This document shows, piece by piece, positions 36,810 to 47,368 of a DNA stretch of 64,000 bases. Numbering within the stretch: position 1 is the first letter of the stretch; every line of letters starts with the position of its first letter. This DNA comes from a virus (lineage: Duplodnaviria; Caudoviricetes): positions 96,001 through 160,000 of IMG/VR virus record IMGVR_UViG_3300034095_001474. The stretch is one strand, 5' to 3'. A model generated the notes under the pieces. The model was given only the letters and a program-made list of their open reading frames with translations, ran no database searches and was not told where the DNA came from. The translations under genes and the position numbers were made by a program.

Positions 36810-38207
36810 TTAAACTGTTAAACCTATTGCCGCATTTTGTATTTCAATACACTCGTCAAGTGAGTTAGCCTCTAATTTATCATCTCTGAAGTGTTTGAAT
36901 GCTGGATATAACAATGAATAAGCACCAGTACTATCAAAAGATAACCCAGAACACTTAACTTCGATAATAGTACCTAGTAATTTTTCTTGATTTTCTGTTA
37001 TTTCAACCATCAAATCTTCTTTTAACCCTTGTGGTCTTGTTTTTAACTTACCACATGATGTCTCAACCTTCAATGAACTAACAACATTTTCATTTTTAGT
37101 ACCTTTTGTACCGTAATTGAATCCAGTAATCACTAAATCTAGTGTTAATTCTAGTTTCATTTTGATTTGCCATGTCGGTTTACCATCTTTCCACTCACCA
37201 TTATATGCTTTTAAGATAGTTCCTTCATCACCACGAGCCAAAATATCTTGGAAATGTGAAATTGCTTCCTCATAATTACTAACAATTTTACCTTCAACGA
37301 TAGAAACGTGTGATGTTTCGATACTTTTAAGTGATTTATTCAACTCAATAGCACGAGCACTATATGGTATAATAGATTTTGCATCAAAATACTCATAAGT
37401 AGTGATTCTATCCCATACAGTATAGCGAATTTTAGCTAACGCTTCATAAAAGTTACCATGTTTTTCTTCAAACGCTGCTAATTTCTTCTCATTTTCTTTA
37501 TCTGTACGTTCAGATTTGTTCTTAGAGATGTCAATTATAGATGCAATGATACCATTTGACTCATAACGAGTGATACCGTCCATAGTTAACTCCCCATTCA
37601 ACACACAATCCTCAAGTTGTGCAAGTTCTTCTACGAATTTAGCACCAGTAACGATAGTAGGCTCACCTTGTCTAGACTCTAACTCAACTTCACCACCTAT
37701 AATAACAGCGTTGCAGTAACGACCATCCATTTTTACTTGTGAAATACATTTAGCACCTTTGTCAAACAATTTACGTGCTTTCTTTTCATCAAAAGATACT
37801 GCACCCATGTATGGAGTTTCTTCAATCAACCCTTTGAACACTTTGTTCATAAAAGTTGTACCCATACCAATCTTGCAATCTTTATCGATAATACGTTCAA
37901 CGATATATGCATCATCTGGTTCTAAACTAGCCAATACATCACGTAATAGATTTGATGCATCAGCACCAGTTACTACTCTGTTGGCAATTGAACGTAATTG
38001 TTCAACAGCATATACTAAATCATTGGTTTGCTCTGTATTTCTAGTATACTCTGGAATACGTTTTATAAAAAACTTAATTCGTTTAGAGTTAGCCATATAC
38101 AATACAACCTCTAACAGTTCGTTGTCTACATACTTTCTAAGAACATCCATCTTAGCATTGTTACCACCAGTGGTAGCAATTTCGTCAAAAATTTCTTTAA
38201 TTTTCAT
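36810..38207 (-). CDS. ATP-dependent DNA ligase
   Basis: VKMDGRY, LNGEL, EGTILK, IKMK, OB fold with LLYPAF. Confidence 0.92.
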   Translation of the reverse strand: MKIKEIFDEIATTGGNNAKMDVLRKYVDNELLEVVLYMANSKRIKFFIKRIPEYTRNTEQTNDLVYAVEQLRSIANRVVTGADASNLLRDVLASLEPDDAYIVERIIDKDCKIGMGTTFMNKVFKGLIEETPYMGAVSFDEKKARKLFDKGAKCISQVKMDGRYCNAVIIGGEVELESRQGEPTIVTGAKFVEELAQLEDCVLNGELTMDGITRYESNGIIASIIDISKNKSERTDKENEKKLAAFEEKHGNFYEALAKIRYTVWDRITTYEYFDAKSIIPYSARAIELNKSLKSIETSHVSIVEGKIVSNYEEAISHFQDILARGDEGTILKAYNGEWKDGKPTWQIKMKLELTLDLVITGFNYGTKGTKNENVVSSLKVETSCGKLKTRPQGLKEDLMVEITENQEKLLGTIIEVKCSGLSFDSTGAYSLLYPAFKHFRDDKLEANSLDECIEIQNAAIGLTV

Positions 38208-38240
38208 ATTTTTTTATTTTGATATTACAAATGTACAAAA

Positions 38241-38750
38241 TTAAATTGAATCTACCAAAGCTAATTTCAATAAACTTTCCAAATAACCCCACATTTTTTT
38301 TGCAGAGTCTGGTGTATTCAAATACAACGTATCTTTAAACTCTTGGTATTCAGCAGCGTACATATCAATTTTACCACCATGTTCAATATTAGCAATTCTA
38401 TCACCTAATTTCAAAATGATAGCATCTGGGTTACTAGCAGTCTTAGGAAGAGTTTTGGTTTTCTTCTCTGCTCTATTTCTACCCAACTCGTCAGTAACAC
38501 AATAAACCATCTCAGCTATTTCTACACCAAAATGTCTTTTAATCTTGTTGAAAGATATTGCTCCATCCTCTATACTATCATGTAGGTATCCAGCAATTAT
38601 GAATTTGCCACTAAAACCAAATCTTTTCAATACTTCAACAACATCATCCAAGTGTTTCTCATATGGGTAAATTTCATCATATGATTGTGATGCGTGTAAC
38701 TTAACAGCAACCATTCTTGCTTCTTTGTAATCTTTCTCTGTATACATCAT
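38241..38750 (-). CDS. HD-domain hydrolase (SpoT/Mesh1-like)
   Basis: PYEKHL, YLHDSIED, LKLGDRIAN. Confidence 0.85.
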   Translation of the reverse strand: MMYTEKDYKEARMVAVKLHASQSYDEIYPYEKHLDDVVEVLKRFGFSGKFIIAGYLHDSIEDGAISFNKIKRHFGVEIAEMVYCVTDELGRNRAEKKTKTLPKTASNPDAIILKLGDRIANIEHGGKIDMYAAEYQEFKDTLYLNTPDSAKKMWGYLESLLKLALVDSI

Positions 38751-39157
38751 AACTCTTTTGTTTTTATTTTATTTTCTCTTTCTTCTGCATGCTTATCACA
38801 CAGTGTTTTCATCCAACCACCTTTTCTTCGTTCACCTTCTTCACCACATTCCTCACAAATAGAATATGACATTTGTTCATATGTCAATATTACTTCTCTC
38901 ATCTCTTGTGTTGTATTTTTAATAAAAAAACAAAGACCACCAAACTTCTCTTTCGATTGAATCATGTGTCTATCCCAACCCAACGATATAAGTTCGTCTA
39001 TAAGGTTCTTTAGCAACTCAAACCAACCTTCACCAACACCAAACATATATGGATTGGTAGAGGTAAGACTTTTCCAATCATAAACACCGTCAATGGATAC
39101 TAGATACTCTTCAAATTCTTCTTTATTCATCTTTCGTAGGTATTTCTTTAACTTCAT
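38747..39157 (-). CDS. Hypothetical phage protein
   Basis: QSKEKFGGLCF...CEECG...TLCDKH. Confidence 0.65.
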   Translation of the reverse strand: MKLKKYLRKMNKEEFEEYLVSIDGVYDWKSLTSTNPYMFGVGEGWFELLKNLIDELISLGWDRHMIQSKEKFGGLCFFIKNTTQEMREVILTYEQMSYSICEECGEEGERRKGGWMKTLCDKHAEERENKIKTKEL

Positions 39158-39314
39158 ATTGAGGATGGTCCTCTGATATTTGTCTTATTGTTATCTTACC
39201 ACTCATATCAACACCAAATGAGTCTTGATTAATATAACAGTCACCATATTGGTCAAAGAAGTATTGTTTTGTAACTTCTCTTTTATTGATTTTATCCCAA
39301 AGTATCTTTCTCAT
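39123..39314 (-). CDS. Hypothetical protein
   Basis: ORF track. Confidence 0.5.
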   Translation of the reverse strand: MRKILWDKINKREVTKQYFFDQYGDCYINQDSFGVDMSGKITIRQISEDHPQYEVKEIPTKDE

Positions 39315-39315
39315 T

Positions 39316-39567
39316 TTACCAAGTTATTGAGGAGTAAGAACCATCACGTTGGTCACCAGTATATTTGGTAACTTTAAAACCACGTTTTTCTAATTCTTGT
39401 TTGGTTAAATCATTAATATAAGCAGTAACAGTTGTGCTAAAGTTATTCAATTTAACAGCACTTTTAATACTGTCTAAACACATGTTTATCTCTTTCTCTA
39501 TTTTCTCCCCAAGAATATTCTCAGCAGTTTTTCTAGCCCAATCCGCTGTTATTTCACTATTATCCAT
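39316..39567 (-). CDS. Hypothetical protein
   Basis: Start taken at MDNSEIT to avoid overlap with the ligase. Confidence 0.5.
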   Translation of the reverse strand: MDNSEITADWARKTAENILGEKIEKEINMCLDSIKSAVKLNNFSTTVTAYINDLTKQELEKRGFKVTKYTGDQRDGSYSSITW

Positions 39568-39631
39568 CTTTTTTTCTTTTTCTACATGAAATATTTGGTA
39601 CCCTTCTGGTCCACCGTCTATTAATACCATC

Positions 39632-40756
39632 TTACAACATTTTATATAATAATTTATCATCGTATTCAAACATAAAGTCTTCAACGCTATTTATTTTGTA
39701 TTGAGCCAATCCGAAATACAATCCAGTGAATTGTTTTACTTCATATTTATCACATACTTCAAATACAGCAGCTGCATACTTTTTTTGTTCTTCTTTTGTG
39801 ATGTTTTTTGGTCTAAGCAATTGTAACTCAACCCAAATAACGTTCAACTTACCAACCAACTCATCGTATCCTTCTTTAAGACGATATAGTTCTTCTGTTC
39901 TTTCTGGGAAAGTAGCAGCAAACTCTTCTATCTCGTTGGTTTTTACGATTGTTAATATGTTGTGTTCAGCAGTTTTACCTTTTAAGTGGTGAACTGCAAC
40001 ATAAGCTGGGTTTTTCACCTTCACACGATTGTCGTTACCATCACGTACTACATATCCTTCTTCAGACCATGGCATGTTTTCAAATGTTTTCAACAAGTGA
40101 CCAACATTTGATGCGTTGATATCAAAAGACTTTACCAATGGTATACCTATTGACACAGCAGCCATTTCTAAGTCTTTTCCAGAAAACTCAACTAGTGTTT
40201 CTCTGTCTCTCACAGTCAATAGTGTTGCTGATGATTCACCATGTGGTTTTACCACTATGTTGTATGGTGTAGTCAACTCAAATACGTATATAAGGTCTTT
40301 GTTCAGTAAACATTCATTGAATGTGTATTTGTTATTTACAGTTTCCCAAAACAAGTCATTAAATGTTGTTCCGTTTTTGTTGTTCACTTCACCTTCACCT
40401 TCAGCAGTACCAGTAGTAGCTGCAAACCATTTTTCTTCATACCAATCCCAATAGACTTGTATCATAGTACCATCCAATTTTTCAAGTACATGTGCAGTAT
40501 TCCAATCTATCTTTGCAGCGTTTCCTTCTTCAGAATTGAAGAATTTACGGAATGCCAACGACATTACGTTCCAAGTATTTTTTTCAAGGATAATTCCACG
40601 ACAATCTTGCATTTCTGGCAAGGCCATAAGTGTTGGTGACACCAATTGGTCATACTTAAAAAGTATTTTACCATCATACTCTCTAGTTTTTAAACTAAAA
40701 GCTTTGATTGTTTTTTCTAATCCGTGTTTTATTAAGTAATTTTGTATCGCTAACAT
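39632..40756 (-). CDS. RNA ligase, T4 Rnl1-like
   Basis: RKFFN, EKLDGT, FEL...NIVV, EGYVV, RVKVKNPAY. Confidence 0.88.
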   Translation of the reverse strand: MLAIQNYLIKHGLEKTIKAFSLKTREYDGKILFKYDQLVSPTLMALPEMQDCRGIILEKNTWNVMSLAFRKFFNSEEGNAAKIDWNTAHVLEKLDGTMIQVYWDWYEEKWFAATTGTAEGEGEVNNKNGTTFNDLFWETVNNKYTFNECLLNKDLIYVFELTTPYNIVVKPHGESSATLLTVRDRETLVEFSGKDLEMAAVSIGIPLVKSFDINASNVGHLLKTFENMPWSEEGYVVRDGNDNRVKVKNPAYVAVHHLKGKTAEHNILTIVKTNEIEEFAATFPERTEELYRLKEGYDELVGKLNVIWVELQLLRPKNITKEEQKKYAAAVFEVCDKYEVKQFTGLYFGLAQYKINSVEDFMFEYDDKLLYKML

Positions 40757-40816
40757 AATATAATTTTTTAATGTTAGACAAAAGTACAAAATAAAAATGA
40801 AATAACAAAATAAAAC

Positions 40817-41176
40817 TTAATTTATTTTGTTATCGTCATCATCTTTCTTTAAATCGTTGATTCTTTTGATGTATTCGTCATATGATGTTTCTTCACTAGC
40901 TTTCTTTATCATTTCAGTAAACAAACCACCTTCAGCTTCTAACCCATCTAAAATACTTCTAGCTGAGAACATTGAGCATAAATCAGAGAATTTGTTGATA
41001 TCGTCATTTTCACCCAATAGTAACCCACTCATAAAAATAAGTATTGTACCTATTTGTGATATCGAAATATCATTTTTCTGTTCTCCTTCTAAAATGAGTG
41101 ATTGACCCATCTGCATAAATTTTGCACTTAAATCTAAGTGTCTATTAATATTTTCCATAAAACAATTTTTTAACAA
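40817..41176 (-). CDS. Hypothetical protein
   Basis: ORF track. Confidence 0.55.
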   Translation of the reverse strand: MLKNCFMENINRHLDLSAKFMQMGQSLILEGEQKNDISISQIGTILIFMSGLLLGENDDINKFSDLCSMFSARSILDGLEAEGGLFTEMIKKASEETSYDEYIKRINDLKKDDDDNKIN

Positions 41177-41194
41177 ATTTACTTAAACTTTTTC

Positions 41195-41830
41195 TTACTT
41201 GCAATAATAACTTGTATCAATTCTGATAGTAACACCATATTTTCTTGACAATGCATCAAATCTAGCATCTAACTTCTTGTCAGAACCAAAAGTTTCTTCC
41301 AACTCACCACTTTCATCAACAAAATAAACAACATATGAATTATCACCCCAAGATTTTCTAACAAACTCAACTTTAAGTTCACCTTTGAAATGTTCATCAA
41401 TAACTTTAGAAACATCTTCTTTGATTGCCATAACATCTACATTGTATTTGTAAGCAATTTTCATATCATTCAATGATTCAGATACCAATTTGTTATATTT
41501 ACCAAATCTACCATTTACCAATACTTCCATTGGTTGCCATTTAACCACATGTGGTTCATTGTGTTCTATGGTACCAGAATATTCTGCCAAATAAGTATAA
41601 CCCATAAAACCATCTTTATGTATCGCAAAGATTAACCTTAAATCTGTGATATCCAATCCAGTTTCTTCTTTTGTTTCTCTGATAGCCGTTATTTTTGGGT
41701 CATCATTATCTTCTGGGTCCATCTTACCTCCAGGTAAACCAAAATCATTATGGTCATCTTTTCTTGACACACCCAGAACATACCCTTCTGGGTTTATCAA
41801 TATCACTTGTGCTGATTTATTCACTATCAT
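41195..41830 (-). CDS. Nudix hydrolase
   Basis: LPGGKMD...AIRETKEETG. Confidence 0.88.
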   Translation of the reverse strand: MIVNKSAQVILINPEGYVLGVSRKDDHNDFGLPGGKMDPEDNDDPKITAIRETKEETGLDITDLRLIFAIHKDGFMGYTYLAEYSGTIEHNEPHVVKWQPMEVLVNGRFGKYNKLVSESLNDMKIAYKYNVDVMAIKEDVSKVIDEHFKGELKVEFVRKSWGDNSYVVYFVDESGELEETFGSDKKLDARFDALSRKYGVTIRIDTSYYCK

Positions 41831-41848
41831 ATTTACTTATTTTTTTTT

Positions 41849-42211
41849 TTAATTTTCAATTAATCCGTTAATAATGTCAGTTAGTACATCTAACTTAATT
41901 GGTTTATCAACAAATTGACTCGCACCAGTTCGCATTGCATGTAATATTTTATAATCATCAGTAACTGCCGTTAAGAATACGATTGGTGTTATTGTGTTTT
42001 GTTTTTTAATTTCATGACACATTTCTATACCATCCATATTTGGCATACGTATATCTGTTATAACAATATCGAATGTTTCTCGTCCAAATTCTAATAAACC
42101 CATAACACCATCAGAAGCTGTAGTTACAATAAAACCATTTTTATTAAAGTAATATGATAAAAATATTAATATATCTTCTTCATCATCCACAATAAGCATT
42201 TTTTTCCCCAT
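41849..42211 (-). CDS. Stand-alone response-regulator receiver
   Basis: LIVDDE, ITDIRMP.MDG, FLTA, KP. Confidence 0.9.
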   Translation of the reverse strand: MGKKMLIVDDEEDILIFLSYYFNKNGFIVTTASDGVMGLLEFGRETFDIVITDIRMPNMDGIEMCHEIKKQNTITPIVFLTAVTDDYKILHAMRTGASQFVDKPIKLDVLTDIINGLIEN

Positions 42212-42334
42212 GTCTTAATCTCTTTTAATTTTTATTACATAAGGTGAATATAATGGTTAAATACCTTTAGGACTATATCACTTAATAGACAATCATCCGT
42301 TTTTCTAACCATATGACATATACACGTAGTTAAT

Positions 42335-42553
42335 TTATTCACTATCATATTTACTTATATTTAGATTTCCATCAATAAAAACTTCACTTAGATTCAATAT
42401 TTCTTTTGCGTGAAATACTTCAACACCTTCCAATGGAAATGCTTCGCCAGTATAATAAAAGAATCTTATCTTATACAATGGACCTTCAACCCAAAGTATT
42501 TCACTTTGACAAAGACCATAGTGTTTTAATTGTAATTTTACTTCTTGTTTCAT
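42335..42553 (-). CDS. Hypothetical protein
   Basis: ORF track. Confidence 0.5.
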   Translation of the reverse strand: MKQEVKLQLKHYGLCQSEILWVEGPLYKIRFFYYTGEAFPLEGVEVFHAKEILNLSEVFIDGNLNISKYDSE

Positions 42554-43455
42554 TATTTATTAGTATTTGTAATCTCAGTAACAACACCTTTTATCATAAA
42601 TGATTTAATGTCTTGCCACTTTGTTATTTCATTGCTCATTACTGGCTTACCACCTTCTGGGTTTATCGCAATGGTTATGTGTGGTATTTCATTTTTGGAA
42701 TTAAACCCTTCAACTTGTACTGCCAAAGCCATATCAGATAACCCTAATTTGGTCACAGTAAGTACCACTTCTTTACCCAATTCAGATTTATCTTTCAACT
42801 CACCCAAATTTATTGTCATATGATGTGCAAATACTTTCCAATCTTGTGGTATCCATATACCCAACTTATCCATCAACGTACCTTTGGATTGTCCATCCAA
42901 CAATACACAAGAGTACAACACATCAGATTTTTTGTACATATCTTTAGATGCAAGTATTTTCTTTATGGTTAATGGACCAACAGATTTATGTGATTGTATC
43001 ATTTTTTGTATTTCAACCAATGGAACACCATGTGTATTTGATTCAGCTAATTGTTCAGCAGACAAACCTCTAGTACCCACATCAAATATTTGTATGTTGT
43101 TATCATCTAACCCCATTTCCAATGCTGCAACAACGTATGCTTTAGCACCATTAGCCTTTATGTTGGTGTTATCTATAACAACTGGCGTAATACCATCTTT
43201 AATAGATTTGATTGCGTTAGATAAGTTCTTAGAGTGCATTCTATTGAATGCTTTAGAATCGCCAGAAGTTTTTATCTTAGCAAAGAAACCTCTGTAATCA
43301 CCAGTCGCTGTTATAAGGTCATCAGTTGAATGGATAATACCGTCCAGCACAATAGACTTAGCCATTGTAGACTTTCCAGCACCTGGAATACCACGCATCA
43401 CAAACAATTCTTGTGTTGGTCTAGTTACATCGATATTTAATATATTCTTTTTCAT
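42553..43455 (-). CDS. Polynucleotide-kinase-like P-loop fused to a 2H cyclic phosphodiesterase (RNA end healing)
   Basis: RGIPGAGKST, IDNTN, THGVP; HHMTI and PHITI. Confidence 0.82.
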   Translation of the reverse strand: MKKNILNIDVTRPTQELFVMRGIPGAGKSTMAKSIVLDGIIHSTDDLITATGDYRGFFAKIKTSGDSKAFNRMHSKNLSNAIKSIKDGITPVVIDNTNIKANGAKAYVVAALEMGLDDNNIQIFDVGTRGLSAEQLAESNTHGVPLVEIQKMIQSHKSVGPLTIKKILASKDMYKKSDVLYSCVLLDGQSKGTLMDKLGIWIPQDWKVFAHHMTINLGELKDKSELGKEVVLTVTKLGLSDMALAVQVEGFNSKNEIPHITIAINPEGGKPVMSNEITKWQDIKSFMIKGVVTEITNTNK

Positions 43456-43492
43456 ACCACAAAAGTACGAATTTAATTCTTATAAAACAAAC

Positions 43493-44425
43493 TTATTTAA
43501 TTATTTTAATAATACTAGGGTTATATATTACATAGTGTGTTGTGTCTCTATATTCATCACCAACCATAATACCATCAATACCTAACTTAACGCAATTCCT
43601 AACAAATCCAACACCATCATACCTATAAAAATCAATCCAAACTTGCAATAAAACATCTTTGTCATTATCATTATATTGAAAAGCAGATTGTAAAAATTTA
43701 ACTAACCCTTTAGGGTATGGGTAATCATAATTAACTACATCATCTTTCCAATCCTCAGCCATCATAACCAACTTTTTTACAATTGCTGGTGTAATGGTTA
43801 ATTTACCAACTTTATCACCATACATTATCCTAGGAGTTAACTCAACATTAAAAACTCTACCTTTTTCTCCAGCATATCCGTATGCTTCTTGTTCTGATGA
43901 TGTAAAATAAACACCAGGACCATTTTGGTCAGTTGCTTCTTTACCACCTACAAACTCATCGCTAAAACCAGAAAAATCATTAGGACTACCGTGGTATGCT
44001 ATTAAATTTAAATTTTTGTATTTGTCTTCACCTAATAAAGATTCTTTAAGCATCTTCTTAATTATTTTTTTTGTTTCGTTTTCTCCCATCATAAATTTTG
44101 AATTAGGGAATAGTACTATTTCACCAAACTTACCATCTGGATATTTTGTTATAATAGCATCATATCCCTTGCTCATTAGTATGTTAGTTAGTTTTTCACC
44201 TTTAGCTTTATATTGCTTAGCTAAATCTCTTTTATATTCTATTTGAGTATCATCAGTGATATCTATATATAAAGGGTTATTTATTATAGCTTTACCTTCA
44301 ATCCAACCGTCTGGTACAAAATTAGTATTTTGCCTAACATATGTACCTTTTGGTTCAACATCTTGACCAAACCTAGAACCCAATTTAGGTGCTGGTTCTG
44401 TATTTTTAATTATATTTAATTCCAT
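43493..44425 (-). CDS. ADP-ribosyltransferase-like (polyvalent-protein ART type) protein
   Basis: AYHGS...GPGVYFTS...AYGY; internal IKKMLKES. Confidence 0.55.
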   Translation of the reverse strand: MELNIIKNTEPAPKLGSRFGQDVEPKGTYVRQNTNFVPDGWIEGKAIINNPLYIDITDDTQIEYKRDLAKQYKAKGEKLTNILMSKGYDAIITKYPDGKFGEIVLFPNSKFMMGENETKKIIKKMLKESLLGEDKYKNLNLIAYHGSPNDFSGFSDEFVGGKEATDQNGPGVYFTSSEQEAYGYAGEKGRVFNVELTPRIMYGDKVGKLTITPAIVKKLVMMAEDWKDDVVNYDYPYPKGLVKFLQSAFQYNDNDKDVLLQVWIDFYRYDGVGFVRNCVKLGIDGIMVGDEYRDTTHYVIYNPSIIKIIK

Positions 44426-44441
44426 ACTAATAAATATTGTT

Positions 44442-45833
44442 TTATTCGTTAAAGATTTTTTTAACTGAACCATCTTCATATATCAAAATCAACACCCCTT
44501 TGGTGTTCAAATCAACATCAGTACCATATAAGTTAACGATACGAACAACAATACGTATTTTTTTAGAGTTATCGACAGAAATTATATCATGATTTTTAAA
44601 TTTACCATCATAATCAGTTTGTTTTAATCTATAATAAGTAACGTTATCGTTTAAATCGTAATCATCATACTCATAATAATTTTGTGTGTTAGAATTACCA
44701 GCACCATTTATTGTTGCTATATTATAGAAGATAACACCATCTTGTGTCTTTTCGATATTGAAATAATCATTGTTGATTTCACTAGCTGTTGACCAAGTTA
44801 AATGGTTGTATCTTTCATTAACCTCTGCTTCAAAATATAATAATTCAATTGGTAACGCAACTGGGTCGGCTAATCCAATTTTAATGTTAGCTCTTAAACC
44901 ACCTCTAACTCCATCAGCAGTTGGATATGAAGCATCTAAAACTTTATAAGCAACTGCATTTGTTTTTGGTGTATAATAAAACCACGGTTCATCACTTGAC
45001 CAACTATTATTACGATTTTCCCACTTAATAAGTAAATTATTTATATTGTTCCAAGGGAAAGGAGTTTGCAACACAATTTCAACCCACCCAACAGTCCAAT
45101 TTACAGTCCCATCATACACTAATGTATAATTTGAAGATACGTAATTTGTTTGAGCATTCTCTTTTACAGTAGAAGACGGAAATGATGATAATGTGGTATG
45201 ACCCATATAAATCTTTTGGTTTGTTGCCGTATAAGGAATTGATGTTGCTGGGTCAACTTGAAAACGGATTTTTGTAATATTACCAACAGTGTTAATTTCT
45301 GACTGGAGATAAATCATATCAGTCCAACCATGTTTATAATAATGATTTGATGGAACATTATAATCACTAACTTCTCCACCACCAATACTTACAATAGTAC
45401 CTCCACTAGAATTACCTTTTTGGTATTTGATACGTGCATTTATTCCATTAAGAGTAGCACACGTATTACTAGATGTCCATCTAGTAAGTAACACCGAATA
45501 AGTTCCAGAAGTTGAACAATACCAAGTTATTTCAGATTGTGTGTTATTATAATCATCACTCTCTGCTAATAAAGTACCACCAGTACCAGTTGAATATAAT
45601 CTAAGGTAGGTATCAACAGTTGTTTCACCTACTGTTGAAAATGTGTATTCACTACCAGCAGTGGCGGCAAAATTAAATGCTCTCCTACCAGAACTATAGG
45701 TTGTACTATATTGTATAGTAGTAGTTGGTGTTATTGCAACATTTGTATTTGCAGTATTGCAATATTGAGATAAGGAGAAATTACTCGATAAAACTAATAT
45801 AACTAGACTTAATAATATATTTAACTTTTTCAT
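44442..45833 (-). CDS. Bacteroidota T9SS-substrate-like secreted protein
   Basis: Signal peptide, DTYLRLY...ESDD domain, LPIELLYF..LTWSTASEINNDYFNIEK, short CTD. Confidence 0.75.
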   Translation of the reverse strand: MKKLNILLSLVILVLSSNFSLSQYCNTANTNVAITPTTTIQYSTTYSSGRRAFNFAATAGSEYTFSTVGETTVDTYLRLYSTGTGGTLLAESDDYNNTQSEITWYCSTSGTYSVLLTRWTSSNTCATLNGINARIKYQKGNSSGGTIVSIGGGEVSDYNVPSNHYYKHGWTDMIYLQSEINTVGNITKIRFQVDPATSIPYTATNQKIYMGHTTLSSFPSSTVKENAQTNYVSSNYTLVYDGTVNWTVGWVEIVLQTPFPWNNINNLLIKWENRNNSWSSDEPWFYYTPKTNAVAYKVLDASYPTADGVRGGLRANIKIGLADPVALPIELLYFEAEVNERYNHLTWSTASEINNDYFNIEKTQDGVIFYNIATINGAGNSNTQNYYEYDDYDLNDNVTYYRLKQTDYDGKFKNHDIISVDNSKKIRIVVRIVNLYGTDVDLNTKGVLILIYEDGSVKKIFNE

Positions 45834-45886
45834 AACATATTGTTTATTATAAATATACACAAAAAATATTGAATAGCAATAAATAA

Positions 45887-46159
45887 TTAATCAATTTTTT
45901 TTAATACATCATCACCAAATTCTTCAACTAATTTATCTTTAGTTAAAAAATATGATTTTTCTTTACCATATATGTCATATTCAATAACGCAATATTTAGT
46001 TTGTTTTGATTTATAACCTTTGATTTTAATTATAATAAATTCATCATGACCACCATTATTTAAATGGTTTTGGTCAATCATGTTGATAACATTAACCTTT
46101 TTGTTATACACAAACAATTCTCTTTTATTTTCTTTACTCATAATATTTTGTTTATACAA
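45887..46159 (-). CDS. Hypothetical protein
   Basis: ORF track. Confidence 0.5.
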   Translation of the reverse strand: MYKQNIMSKENKRELFVYNKKVNVINMIDQNHLNNGGHDEFIIIKIKGYKSKQTKYCVIEYDIYGKEKSYFLTKDKLVEEFGDDVLKKID

Positions 46160-46189
46160 ATATACTAAAAAAAATATTGGTTATCAATA

Positions 46190-46276
46190 GCGGAAGAAGT
46201 AGGTCTCGAACCCAATACGGTTTCCCGTACCAATTGATTAGCAATCAACGCTCACACCCCGATGAGTTCATCTTCC
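46190..46276 (-). tRNA. tRNA-Ser(GCT)
   Basis: GTTGA-TT GCT AA-TCAAT, long variable arm, G73. Confidence 0.88.
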
Positions 46277-46280
46277 ATTG

Positions 46281-46353
46281 TGACCCTACAGAGATTCGAA
46301 CTCCGATTCCACCCTTAGAAGGGGCGTGTCCTATCCAGTTGGACGATAGGGCC
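46281..46353 (-). tRNA. tRNA-Arg(TCT)
   Basis: CGCCC-CT TCT AA-GGGTG. Confidence 0.9.
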
Positions 46354-46356
46354 AGA

Positions 46357-46839
46357 TTATTTTAATCTTTGTAAATGTTCTTTAATTGAATCCTTTTGTT
46401 TCTTAACCCCTTTGAAACTAGGACCATTTTTATTTATAGGAACTTCTATTGTTTTAGGTGATTTATCACCTTTTAAATTTATTGTGTATTTCCTATCATC
46501 AGTAAATGTGATTTTATTGTTGGTCTTGTTTATTGGTTCAATTTCCATTTTTAATTTTGGACCATCACCAGATTTAATTCTATGTATTTGAACATCACCG
46601 TCATATTCACCTTGAATAATGTTGTTTAAATCACCATCATCACTTCTTTCTTTTGAAAATTGTTTTGCTTCAAAGTAATCATTTCTTATACCAATAACTT
46701 CACAATCACCACCAACAGTTGCTGATATCATATCATCATTATATTGACCACCAGATTCACCACATTCACATTTTCTCCATTTGGTGTGAACTAATCTTAC
46801 AATATCTTCACATTTTTTACATCTAATTAATTTACACAT
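46357..46839 (-). CDS. Hypothetical protein with an N-terminal Cys cluster
   Basis: CKKC...CECG. Confidence 0.6.
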   Translation of the reverse strand: MCKLIRCKKCEDIVRLVHTKWRKCECGESGGQYNDDMISATVGGDCEVIGIRNDYFEAKQFSKERSDDGDLNNIIQGEYDGDVQIHRIKSGDGPKLKMEIEPINKTNNKITFTDDRKYTINLKGDKSPKTIEVPINKNGPSFKGVKKQKDSIKEHLQRLK

Positions 46840-46880
46840 ATTTCAATCGTTTATTATAAATATAATATTAATTCGATTTG

Positions 46881-46953
46881 TACACCTACAGAGATTCGAA
46901 CTCCGATTTAACGCTTCGTAGGCGTTTGTCCTATCCAATTGGACGATAAGTGC
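46881..46953 (-). tRNA. tRNA-Arg(ACG)
   Basis: AACGC-CT ACG AA-GCGTT. Confidence 0.9.
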
Positions 46954-46959
46954 GTGTTG

Positions 46960-47032
46960 TAGCGATAACAAAACTCGAATTTGTAATTCTGCCTTATGAG
47001 AGCAGCGTGATAACCAGTTTCACCATATCGCC
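46960..47032 (-). tRNA. tRNA(CAT), Met or Ile2
   Basis: CTGCT-CT CAT AA-GGCAG. Confidence 0.8.
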
Positions 47033-47044
47033 ATTTGAAATTTG

Positions 47045-47119
47045 CGGGTCCAGTCAGACTCGAACTGACATCATCCTGGTTAACAGCCAGAAGTTTTATC
47101 CAATTAATACTACAGACCC
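47045..47119 (-). tRNA. tRNA-Asn(GTT)
   Basis: CTGG-CT GTT AA-CCAG, G73. Confidence 0.85.
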
Positions 47120-47128
47120 GTAGTTTTG

Positions 47129-47200
47129 CTCTTCGAGGGAATTTCGAAATCCCGACCTATCCGTTAACAGCGGAGTGCTCTGCCTCTGAGCTACCGAAGA
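47129..47200 (-). tRNA. tRNA-Asn(GTT)
   Basis: TCCG-CT GTT AA-CGGA, G73. Confidence 0.88.
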
Positions 47201-47208
47201 ATATTTGT

Positions 47209-47285
47209 TGGAGGACTAGGTGGGACTCGAACCCACGACTTTCGCATTAACAGTGCGGAGCTCTAACCAACTGAGCTACCAATCC
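47209..47285 (-). tRNA. tRNA-Asn(GTT), encoded CCA
   Basis: CGCA-CT GTT AA-TGCG. Confidence 0.88.
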
Positions 47286-47295
47286 TTATTTTTTG

Positions 47296-47368
47296 TGCTC
47301 CCAGAGAATTACGATATCCCGACTTCCGCATTATGAGTGCGACACTCTGACCTCTGAGTTATGAGAGC
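47296..47368 (-). tRNA. tRNA(CAT), Met or Ile2
   Basis: CGCA-CT CAT AA-TGCG, atypical T loop. Confidence 0.8.
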
